In this document: piece after piece, positions 48,560-60,099 of the stretch
Layout: each line of letters opens with the position of its first letter
How positions within the stretch are numbered: position 1 is the stretch's first letter
Assembly (NCBI GenBank): GCA_002269645.1
Contig: NIVC01000143.1
Location: 248,001 to 312,000 of the forward strand
Source: Macrostomum lignano
Taxonomy: Eukaryota
Direction of reading: 5' to 3'
DNA length: 64,000 bases
The notes under the pieces: model-generated
Databases searched by the model: none
Seen by the model: only the letters and a program-made list of their open reading frames with translations
What the model was told of the DNA's origin: nothing
Program-made: the position numbers and the translations under genes

Positions 48560-51500
48560 TTGACGTAGCCCCAGTCAAAGCTTGTCTTACTAGTATATAG
48601 TCTATGGCTGTATCTCCCACTCTACAGTTTCCTCGGTCGCATACCATCGTTAATATCTACCGCTCTGGCTTTGAATCTTATACTAATATCTTTGAATCCT
48701 AAGCGCTGAAAAATATTCGCTTGACGGCTTTGCCGATACATAGAGTTACTCCGTTGTTCCGGTCACCACAATGGCGTCGCAGCTTGGACGCAAAAGGCTG
48801 GTCTGATGAAGACAACAAACGACAGATTGCCGACAACTTTATTGCCACTTTTGGTCTGCAAACAGTGGAAAAGCTGAGCCTATTAATCGCATCAAAGGAG
48901 GTGGACGCAGTCAACTTTTCCACGATAGAAGAAGCTATAACAGCATATCTGAAACCAAAGTCCAAGTTGATTCTAGATGAGCAGACTCGCTTTTTCACTC
49001 TCCGCCAAGCTCATGGAGAGAAACTGCCTGATTTCCTGGCGCGTTTGCGGCAGGCCGCTCAGGACTGCAATTTCGATGCACTGAAGAATGCCCAGAGTCC
49101 AGAGGATGAAATGCTCCGCCTAGCTCTCATCGCGGGAATGAGCTGCGCTCAGACCCAGCAGCGTGTACTCAAGTCCATGCAACTCAAAGACCTCTCAATT
49201 ACCTAAATCCTTGATATTTTAGCTCAGCTTTACCAGGTTAAGGAGTTTGGATCAACCCAATCGAGCGTCAATTCTGCTCAACATGCGCATCAAAATTCAG
49301 CCGGAGAAGAGACTCAAGAAATGCATCATAACAATCATCGTGAAGCCACCGCACGCACCAGAAGACAGGAGGCAGTACGCACAGATCGCGCATGTCGATA
49401 TTGTTGACGCCAGCATGTCCCAGAAAATGCCCAGCCTATGGAAAAATGTGTGCAAAATTCTCCAAGCCGAATCACTTCGCTGCCGTCTTTCGGTCATCTT
49501 AGGCTATCCATACAGTTCAGACTGAGAGCCTCACTGCCCCTTCGCAGGAGCAGTCTAGCGGCAAAATTTTTCACCTTGAAACCACCGACTCGATCCATTC
49601 CATGGAAGAAGCCAAAGAGCAAATCATCGTTAATGGAATCAGTGTGCTGTCTTCGAAACTCTGGGAGCGCCTCAACCGCCCGGTGCTGCTTCGCTGCCAG
49701 CGCCGCCTGCAAGCCTATGACGGGCATGAGATGCAAGTACTGGGACAGTTGTCAACCGCCATCGAATATCGCGGGCGGCTGCACCCGGTGAATCTGACTG
49801 TGGTTCAAGCCTCGAAGCCATTTGGCATGCTTGGACGGGACCTTATTCATGCTGACCAAGTGTTCAGCCCCTCTGCAGCGTGTCAGCCCAACTATGCAAC
49901 TAGTTGATGACGCTCAGCCCAGATTCTGCCGGGCCCGCCCAGTTCCCATTGCTATGGAGGCTGCAGTAAACTCCGAGCTGGAGAGATTGCAAGCTCTAAG
50001 CGTCATCGAACCTATTGAGGGCCCGGTGAGTAACGCATCGCCTGTTGTTTGGGTAAAGAAAAAGGATGGGTCGCTCAGAATGTGCGCTGACTACAGCGTC
50101 CCCGTCAACGCACAAATAAAATCCGATGCGTACCCCATCCGGAACGTTGAGTGCCTATTAGCAAAACTGAAGAATGCGAAGAAATTTGCCTCCATCGATT
50201 TGCGATCTGCTTACTGGCAAATCGAGCTCGACGAGAATGCTCAGGACCTGTCGACTATCAACACGTCAAAGGGCTTGTTTCGAGTCAACCGCCTTCAAAT
50301 GGGCATGAAAAATTCGTCCTTCATTTTCCAACGAGCCATGGAAAACATCCTTCATGACCTTAAGGGTGTGCTCGTTTAGCAGGACGATGTGCTTATTTTT
50401 GCCGCGAACTCATCCTCACTCAGCAAACGGCTGCAGGCCGTGAAGACCAGACTGCGCGAAAAGGATTTCACTTTCAACGGGGATAAATGCACTGCGGAGT
50501 GCGACGAAATATAATTTCTGGGTTTTCGAGTCTCTGCTTCTGGAATTCGACCGGACGACAGACTCGTCAAGAAGATCTTGGATATAGCCACGCCTTCGAA
50601 TTGCAAGAAACTGGAGCAGTTTCTCGGTCTAGTTAATTTCTTTGGCCAACTGGTCCCAAACTTTGCTGACGAAAAGAAGTGCCTGCATAACCTCCGGCGT
50701 GATGACGCCAAATTTGTTTGGTCAGCCGAGTGCGATAGAGCGTTTATACGCTCATAGCGTTAAGAAAGGAAATCTCGTCGGCACCCGTGGTCCAGCCATA
50801 TTCGCTGGAGAAGGAGTTATCGCTCACAACTGATGCCTCCAAAGGTGCACTTGCCGGCGTCGTCACGCAAGACGGTCACCCATTAATATTCATATCTCGT
50901 TGTTTGTCCAGCGCTGAAAAGAACTATTCGAACATCGAACGGGAAGCGCTGGCCATATTCTGGGCCGTCAATCGTCTCAAGCATTATCTCATGGGCCGAA
51001 AATTCACCATACAGACAGATCACCAACCTTTGATTCGTTTGTTTGGCCAGTCGCGTGGCGTGCCCACCAACACATCTGTTCGCATCTCAAGATGGGCACT
51101 TGCAATGATGCACTATGACTATGAAATTCAATACACGCCAGGGTCCAAAATACCTCACGCAGACGCTGTGTCTCGTTTACGCTTTACTGACCCATCGGCA
51201 GACACGGCGGAGCTGTCCGATGCTATAAACTGCGTCGCGTTTGAGACGCCCATGGTTACCACAGCACCGCATTCTAGCAGAATTGGAGATGGATCCAGTT
51301 AGTCAGAGCGTAATTAATCGTGTTAAAACTGGAAGGTGGACGGGCTGCTTTCAGGCGGAAAGACACTTCGCTAAGGTTTCTGACAGCCTCACCATTGAAG
51401 GTGGTCTACTTGTTCATGGACGTCGTATATTTATTCCATCACGCCTGAGGGCCGAGGCATTCTGCACTGCACACACCACCCACTCAGGCTACATCTCCGC

Positions 51501-51600
51501 CTACAATTACATGGCCTTGTCCTGCTGGTGGCGAGGAATGCGCGCAGATGTTTAACGCTTCGTCCGTAACTGTCCGACCTGCAATCAGTTGCGACCAAGA
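48560..51600 (+). mobile_element. Degraded, 3'-truncated Gypsy (Mag-like) element
   Basis: PBS-like TGGCGTCGCAG at ~48771; gag FFTLRQAHGEKLPDFLARLRQAAQDCNF; RT ASPVVWVKKKDGSLRMCADY, *QDD; RH TTDAS, NIEREALA; integrase zinc-finger start. Confidence 0.85.
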
Positions 51601-52149
51601 TTGTCACTCACGTGATGCATTCCGCCACAGACTGACTGCACTGCCAAGGATCGCAGCACATGTGAGCATCGTGACCTGTGCACAAGCATCGAAAGCAATG
51701 GCTTTTCTGGTTGCAAACTTTCAAACTTAGCACAATCTCCATAATTGTGTCCTGAATTGCAGTAGGTGCAAATGACTTTCCCAGGTTCCTTTGATGTGCT
51801 GCTCTTCGAGCTAGATTGAACTGTGAAAGTTGAAAGTGAAGGCTTTGGTGAGCCTCCAGACCGATCGCGATCATGTCAGGTTTTTTGCCAACAAAAACAA
51901 ATTTCCCACGAACATCAATTTCCTGTCTTAAAAGATGTAAAGAAGTCCTTAACTGAATCGAACTGCGAACCTGAATAAGCAGCTGACTTCAGCATGTCCA
52001 ACCTAAACTCATCTGGATACCGGTTGAGCAGGTTTGGCAGCAACAATGTCTCATTACGAGTCAGCTTGCACATTTTGAGCTTCAAGGCTGCACACGGCAG
52101 CCGAAATCGTCATTAGATTGTTGCAGGCTTGAAATAGAAGTGTCAGTTA

Positions 52150-52600
52150 GGCTAAACTCTGACGGCTGGTGCATGAGGTCTCTGACTTTTAGATCTGGCT
52201 TGCCGAACCGATTTCACAGAATGGCGACCGCAGCTGCGCAATTCGCGCCAGTCACTGCCAGACTTGGCCAAGTCGGAGAGAGAAAGGAGCAAATAACTGA
52301 ATTTGTCAATATCAGGGAGGGGCGATTTTGAATCCACTGATGACGAAACCTGATCCCAGGGGGTCTTCCGACCTGCAATTTTCCCATCAAAGGTCGGCAG
52401 CTGACACTTAGGAAGCTTCACCTGAGGTTGAGCAGAGCTTGAAGGTTTTTGTAGCGCCAAATTTGAACTGAGAGGATTTTCCAGCAAGTTAATGCACTTG
52501 CGACAGCGAAGCGAACATTCATGGCTCTCAGCCAACTCCGATTCCATCTTTTCTTCGATTGATCTACCTGAATCACCTCATCTATGCCTTTTAAAGCCTT
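52150..52600 (-). pseudogene. BEL/Pao gag (DUF1759-like) remnant
   Basis: VKLPKCQLPTFDGK...WDQVSSSV...LPDIDKFSYLLLSL. Confidence 0.75.
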
Positions 52601-54082
52601 CAGCTTCTCCTTCAGAACATCTACGCACGCCTCTGCATCGACGTCAGCTTCGGAATTCCACCAGCATTCTCGACAAGCGACGAGAGCTTGTCGATCATTG
52701 CGATAGTCCGAGTAACCGCTGCTCTGATCATGGCAGCTTAACTGTATGAGCAAACCGCCAGCAAAATGACAGAGTAAAAATCTACCCGTGTTTAAGCAAA
52801 ATCCCATGAAAAAAATTACGTGTAATGAGTAGATATGGAATAGCATGGATAAGTGAGTTGAAATTTAAACAGCAAATAAAGACAGTCCAAATGAAAACTT
52901 AGCTTTCAGACGAATCCATCATGTCTTCTTCAGGCTGTTGTCCGGTCCATCCGTCCCGAGTCCTGAATCCTGAGTAAACACTGAGTCAGAAGCCTCGACC
53001 ACGAAGAGACCACAGACCGTCGAGTGTGACTGTTGTGGACAAGTTCTGCTATTTGTACGCTTTGTACAAGTGCAAATTCACATGTGCTTATGCTACGCTT
53101 GTATGCAGATGGGAAGCTGTCTATGGTACTGACGGCCCCTTGGGTACAGGCCCTCGGATGTGATCTGAGGCAAACAGCCCATAGGAAATAAAAGGAATAA
53201 GAAATAGCCAGAACTAAGGCTACAAGCAGACCAAAATCGGCTGCATTTTATTTTCTATCAAACCTCCGCCTTTTATTTGTTGGTTAAAGACACAACAGTG
53301 ACTTCCAGCGAAACGAGACAAATAAAGAAACAAATCTGTGCAGACCCAAATCCTAATGAGACGTGTAAAAATGTACAACTTAATAACTAGCAGTCAGACA
53401 GGTTGGGCAGCGCCGGGCCAAAATCAGTACATTTATTAAGGCATTGAAATTGAAATTGAAATTGAAATTGAGGAGGGGGTGGGGTTGGCTGCAAGATAAG
53501 ACATGGAGGGGTGTCGAGTGCGCGACGAAAGAAAGAGGCGAGATTGAGCAGCCAATCAGAAGGCAGCGTGGGAGAGAGAGAAAGAAAATAACGAGACTGA
53601 AATGGACAGAGAGGGACAGAAAACAGAGTAAACGGAGAAAAGTGCAAATGTGAACTAAGAAATGACCATGCATCGATTTGCACCGATCGATTTCGTATGT
53701 TACAAGTGACCCTAAATGCAGATCTGAAAGTTAGAGTTAAGGATTGAGGCTTTAAAACAGAGTGCGTTTTTACTAAAACCAAAGAAATCCTCCTCTTATG
53801 TGAAAATTATAATATCCACTAATCATCCACTTTGTATATTGCTTATTCGAGAAGTTGGCCAGTGAATATCAAATGAGTTTATGCAGTAAGCATATACCAG
53901 ACCAGTGAAGTAGTTTATTTCGTCTATGAGCGTAACAATACGCTCGTAGTTCCAAACTTTTGTTTATGGTCGAAAAATAGGAGCCAATAGATTTGGAAAT
54001 TTGGCTGCAGTTTTAATTGTCTCTCTATGTTATCTCGGTACTCTTTGGTTTTAAAGCTAGCTTCTTGCTCTTCTTGATCAAT

Positions 54083-54276
54083 GGGCCGTATGCAGAAAGC
54101 TCTGTAAAGGGTAGTCCGGTCTTGAAAAGCTAGTCTGGACTCGGATTTGGTATGCAGAAACACAAATTTAGACCGGTCTACTATAGACAGAACTAGGCTA
54201 GCTAGGCCATAGACCATAGACTGAACTACCCAAGTCCGGACTAGCTAGTCTGAACTAAGCTTTCTGCATACGGCCC
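54083..54276. mobile_element. PIF/Harbinger (Tourist-like) MITE, 194 bp
   Basis: 19-bp TIR GGGCCGTATGCAGAAAGCT / AGCTTTCTGCATACGGCCC and 3-bp TSD AAT (54080-54082, 54277-54279). Confidence 0.8.
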
Positions 54277-55779
54277 AATGAATGCTTACTAGACCAAACT
54301 GAAAGCTACAGTGACAGACCTAGTGACCATAGACAAGTGAAATTCAGCTCTGTCACTTTGGCAAATCTTGCTTTGATTCACTTGGGGATGCTTTGTGAGC
54401 CCAAGTAGGCTGCGAAAGCTCTGATGAGCCAACGCACCAAAACTAAAAGAAAAGCCATAGACTATGGTAGCCGCTTCAAATTACTGAACCGAATGCTCCA
54501 ACAGGCCTCATTCACGTACTGGTTAAATGATTCTGCAACTGCCTATGGATGGGATATAAACAAAAATAATAAGACTGTTGATGTCTATCGTTACATCGTA
54601 ATAACAGGATATAATATGATTTTCATTTCTTTGAGAAACATCAATTTTAGATTCATAAAACGATTTTATCCTAGCAGGGGTTGGAAAACTTTTAACACCG
54701 GGGCTAGATGAAGAATCTTATGCATGACTGCGGGCCATAAAATTGGAGAGATAAGATGGAATAGAGGAGAAGAGAGGATTAAGAAGAGGGAGGGGAGAGA
54801 AGAGATGGGAGAGAAGGGAGAGGAGATTAGAGAGAAGAGAGATGAGAAAAGACACAAACCTTGAGCGGACTGGATTGCTATTGTGAAGTTTCAAAGGACC
54901 CGAGGGCCGGATAGAGAGGCCCTCAAGCCGGAGTTTGCCGACCCCTGTCCTAGACCATTCAATTCAAAAGGTACAGTTGCATGAATGACACAGCCTATCA
55001 TTCGGAATGATTCAACAGTGTACTACTGCCCAATCTTCTTATTAACTAAGAGCATATGCGTCTGCAGCTCATATTGTTTTGCTACTCCTTTCCGAGAAAA
55101 AAAAATTGAAAAGCACTTTCAAGTCTCGATATTTTAATTTCACTCTAAAAAAGCTGTAACATACCTTTAATAGATCAGGTGCTGATCCTTCGTCAGATGG
55201 TAGCAATGACGTTTCTCCAGTATTTGAAACCAGTTGGTTGATTGACTGATGGAACATTTTGCTGCGTGCGGCTCAATCTATGTTGCAGCTTTAGACAAGT
55301 CTGTACTTTTATTTCAAGATGCCGATCAGAGATAGCAAACCTATTTAAGCTCAGGCTTGATGTTCCAGCGCGCGGCTCTGAAGAGGCATAGCTCGATACA
55401 GGGTCGACTAAGTGACCAGAGAGTGGAAAGAACTCGCATTTTAATAAGAGACCAACTATCTATGGCCCTACTCTTCTATCTGTTGAACTTTTTAAGCCGA
55501 GAATTCCGCAGGAAATGCACTGACTGGTCTGTTATGTCTATGGTCACTTAGACATCTTATGTCTATGCCTGATAGATAAGCCACTGTGTACTGCATGCAG
55601 ACCAAACTCTAGAGCTGATTTCTAAGTTGAGTTTCTATCTTACGCATTTTTTAAACTCATTTTGCTCGTGATGCACATAAATAAGCTCATATCCCAACTC
55701 ACTTTGCGTATTGACTTCTCGTATTGGCTATCAATGATAGCGATGAGGGGTCAGGGGGATTTCCTGACCCCCAGTTATC

Positions 55780-56421
55780 TGTCTTTGTGTCTGTCTTAGT
55801 GTCGGTCTTTGTGTCTGTCTTAGTATTTGTCTTTGTGTCTCTCTTAATGTCTGTTTTTGTGTCTGTCCTAGTACCTGTCCTAGTGTCATTCTTAGTGTCT
55901 GTCTTAGTGTCTGTCCTAGTGTCTGTCCTAGTGTCTGGGCTAGTGTCTATCTTGGTGTCTGTCCTAATGTCTGTCTTAGTGTCTGTCTCAGTGTCTTTCT
56001 CAGTATCTGTCTTAGTGTCTGTCCTAGTGTCTGTCCTAGTGTCTGTCTCAGTGTCTGTCCTAGTGTCTGTCTTACTGTCTGTCCTAGTGTCTGTCTCAGT
56101 GTCTGTCCTAGTGTCTGTCTTAGTGTCTGTCCTAGTGTCTGTCTTAGTGTCTGTCCTAGTGTCTGTCTTAGTGTCTGTCCTAGTGTCTGTCTTAGTGTCT
56201 GTCCTAGTGTCTGTCTTAGTGTCTGTCCTAGTGTCTGTCTTAGTGTCTGTCCTAGTGTCTGTCTTAGTGTCTGTCCTAGTGTCTGTCTTAGTGTCTGTCC
56301 TAGTGTCTGTCTTAGTGTCTGTCCTAGTGTCTGTCCTAGTGTCTGTCTTAGTGTCTGTCCTAGTGTCTGTCTTCGTGTCTGTCCTAGTGTCTGTCTTAGT
56401 GTCTGTCCTAGTGTCTGTCTT
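55780..56421. repeat. 12-bp minisatellite GTGTCTGTC(C/T)TA, ~53 copies
   Basis: Direct reading; degenerate at the left end, homogeneous in the centre. Confidence 0.95.
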
Positions 56422-56758
56422 GGACTTGGTGTCTATATTAGTGTTCCACAGCTCACTTTGCGGCCCCGCACAATCCCCATCTCCATCAAGTGAATTTTAT
56501 CAAGCAAATCTGTAAAGCAAGGCTGGCATTTCAAAGACATTCAAGCCAGCATCAGAGCTGGCATTGAGAGCGAGTGGCAAGTCGCATCGTTCTATATTTA
56601 GAAACTGAAACAGTGCATTTGGTTTATGGCACAGAGCAGGCATAAAATGTGGACTTCAATATTGAAATGGCCGCATTTTTGAATTCATCAGCAGCGTGCG
56701 GAGCTCTTGAATCGGACAGAAAAATGAATGGCGACTGGGGCCGCGACCTGCCTGTCCG

Positions 56759-57130
56759 GTCAGTGAATGTTCATGAGGGAGCTGTCAGGCTGTCAGGCAC
56801 TGAATGTTCATGAGGGAGCTGTCAGGCTGTCAGTCACTGAATGTTCATGAGGGAGCTGTCAGGCTGTCAGTCACTGAATGTTCATGAGGGAGCTGTCAGG
56901 CTGTCAGTCACTGAATGTTCATGAGGGAGCTGTCAGGCTGTTAGTCACTGAATTTTCATGAGGGAGCTGTCAGGCTGTCAGTCACTGAATGTTCATGAGG
57001 GAGCTGTCAGGCTGTCAGTCACTGAATGTTCATGAGGGAGCTGTCAGGCTGTCGGTCACTGAATGTTCATGAGGGAGCTGTCAGGCTGTCAGTCACTGAA
57101 TGTTCATGAGGGAGCTGTCAGGCTGTCAGT
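56759..57130. repeat. 37-bp minisatellite, ~10 copies, in the 3' flank of paralog 2
   Basis: Unit CTGTCAGTCACTGAATGTTCATGAGGGAGCTGTCAGG. Confidence 0.95.
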
Positions 57131-57347
57131 CGCTGCAGGGTACAACATGAGTACACGATGAAAGTACATTATGAAAGTACAAGATAAATTAATTTGCGAA
57201 CTGATTGAGCTGATTCTGAGAGCAGGTGCTTAAATAATCCAGGACATCTAAAAGTACATTTAAAACATTTATCAGAAACATGTGACGCTAAATTTTTCGA
57301 ACAGCTGACATAAAAGTCAGACAAGCTTACAAAATAACGAGTTGAAC

Positions 57348-59772
57348 TCAAGCTGCTGCATCAAGTCTCTCCAGCTTCTCCCTGACCCACCCGATCCTGT
57401 TCTCGTCCTGCGTCTCCATGGCGACGCGTCTGTCTTTCTCGATCATCTCTATCTGCTGCAGGCTGAGCTCCACGTGCTTGCGGCAGTCGCTGTAGTGAGC
57501 TAGAGTGAGCAGCTCCTCCAAGTCCGGGTCTCCAAGCAGCTCATCGGAGTCCGGGTCTCCAAGCAGCTGCTCAATCCAATGATCGAATGCGATTGCAGGT
57601 GCGCGATTGCAGAGCAGCTCAGCTTGGAGACTCCAGCTCAGGCAGCGGAAGTTCACGTACAGGTGGGAGGAGAGAGGCTGCGACAGTCTGGCTGTGAACA
57701 GAGTCTGCGTGAACTCTGGAAGGAATAGGAAGCGAGGCGGAGAGTCGCAGGGGAGGCAGAACCTCCACGCCCAGTCTGAGTTTTCTGGCAGTTTTATCTT
57801 GATCCGGTACATGCTACTCTCGTCTCGAATATCCTGTGGCTTCAACCCTGACTCAACCTGATGTCTCTGCAGCTCCATCGCGAGTCTCTCAGCCTCCTCA
57901 GATTCTCCGAACTTCAAATGCGCCATGGCGGTCATGCACAGGGCGGCGCACTTGCACCACTGCACCTCATGCAGGAGACTGAGGTGCCTCATCAGGGTGT
58001 CTCTGTCACTCGATTCCGACTGCAGCTCGCTCACACACTGGTGCACCAAACTGTACACGTCTGCGAACTTGTAGTACATTTGTGGATATTCATTACCTTT
58101 CCTGATCTCAGTGGCAGCAGGCGGCGCTGTCAGAGGCAGCAGAGTGAACGGGTGAAAGTAGAACTTCTCTGACTGCATAGGTCTCACGAGTCTCCTCAGA
58201 TGCTCGACCACTCCGCCGATGTCGCTTCTCAACTCACAAAGTCGGTCTCGAACCCTCGCCTTCGTGTTGTCGAAGTCGCCGCCGATTCCAGCGTTCTTGA
58301 AGTAGAGCGGAGCGTCGGGCATAAAGAAGTGCGGCATGCACTCATCGGGCGAGCTGCTCGAGTGGATGAAGCTCAGCATCATGTCGAGAGACTCCTTGAG
58401 CAGAGCGATCAGATTGTGGGGCTGCCAAGCCTCAGTTCCAGGATCTGTGCCATGCTTCTCCAGCATTGTGAAAAGCAGAGTCTTTGCATGGTAGGTCTTG
58501 AGTCCAGGTGTGTCCAGAGTGAGCGGCAAGTGTCTCTTGAAGATGAACTTGATGAGTGTGAACAGCTGGCCCTGGACTGTGCTCAGCCGTCTCATGATCC
58601 GTTTCTCTTGGAAGCTGAAGCTCACTCTGAGCTCGTTGGTCTCATTCGGTCTGGTCGCCCGAACGAGGTGAACAGGAACACTGTATCCAAGCAGTTCTTT
58701 CATTCTGTCCTTACAGAAACTGCTGCAGCAGTCGATCGCATGGCAGGTGTCCTGTGCAGGCCGCACGCCGCAGGCCGTGGCTGTCACTGCAGGTTGGCTT
58801 CCTGCAGAGCGCATTGAGAGTCACTTTTTGGGGAGGGAACAAGATGGGTTTTTTTGAAACTGCTTTTTTAGTTTTTCAAATACCAATTTGAAAGGTTTCA
58901 ATTTTTATAACTCTTTATTTGATCGCATAGCGACTGGACAGGACAGGCTTTCTCAGTTTTCAGTTCAAGCATCATCAGGACTCAGTGCCCCGCAGCAAGG
59001 CACCAATCAGGAAGTCAAGGTTGGTTTCGGCTCATTTTTTCACACTTTACAGGGTATGAGGCAACTCGAATGCCTTATGAATTTCAAACACGGCTACTTG
59101 AATTCTTGAAAATTTTGCATTCGGCTTTAAGTTGCAGGAAGATCTGGGAACTTTGATGATGAACCCAGCCTCACTCACCTGCTCCCACTGGCACTTGTGC
59201 GTGGCCCTCCTTGACCTGCAGCCGAGCGGCTTCAATGCAGGAACCGTAGCTTCCTCCGCAGCCACCTTCCAGATGGAACTCTTGCCCAGCAACCAGCACA
59301 GTCCAGTCAATGTCCGAGTCTGCAGCTGTCCTGCCGTTCACTTGCACCAGACTGTTGGCCCAGCCCTCTGCGTAGCTGCCCGTCATCTGCCTGTCATCCT
59401 CTGTGAGGATTCGAGCGACTCCTTCCAGCCAGTCAGCCAGTCTCTGCTGACACTTTGCTCTCTGCTCGGTGAATCCCGCATCGCTGAGCAGTCGATGTAG
59501 CTCCTCGCTCAAGCGCGAAGAGCGTGGGAGTCGTGGGAGCACGGTATCTTGGTGGGAGTCGTCTGAGAGCCTGGAATGATCCAAGATGCGTGTGGTGATT
59601 TTCTGAGTTTGATAGACAGAACAAGCAGGAGAGCTGAGAGTGCTGCAATTTCTGCTCCAAGCTGTCTGCCTGTTGGAAGGCGCAATGCGGCAGTGAAAGT
59701 CTAACCGGCCAGACTCACCGATGGAGGCCCGAATCGTAGCGGTGAGCGGCTGCCTGCAGGGCCTCTGGGCTT
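57348..59772 (-). CDS. cGLR paralog 2, 5'-partial; join(59772-59719, 59570-59179, 58801-57348), ~632 aa in the window
   Basis: Same exon boundaries and phases as paralog 1 with an uninterrupted frame. GSYAEG...DSDID, QDTCHAI, LKTYHAKTLLF and MPHFFMP are intact. No in-frame ATG before the micro-exon acceptor. Confidence 0.87.
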
Positions 59773-60099
59773 CTGCAATGCAGGCAAGAGATCCGGCTTT
59801 AACAGAAGGGAAATTGAGCCAAGTAATTAATTGTTTGAATTACAAATAATTGTGAAACTGCATGAGGACTTCATGGAGTTTCAAGCCGAATTTCTCAATT
59901 TACTCAATGAGAAAAGCAGAAATGCATTGACAGTTGTGTGGTGAATGCGCCGCGCCTAATCCAGCCCTGCTTAATTGCACTGGCTGTTGTCATCCTTTAT
60001 TTTCGCTCTTCGCCGGACCAGAGTGCGGGGCACCCCAGCCCAGCATTTTGCGCCTGGTTGGCTGCGGCTGCGTCGCTTTCTTGTCGTGAGCCGCCTTCT

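Noticed and set aside
55724-56515. 263-aa (VSVL)n ORF
   Set aside because: Translation of a 12-bp minisatellite that is stop-free by chance; the opposite strand has no start or in-frame splice support.
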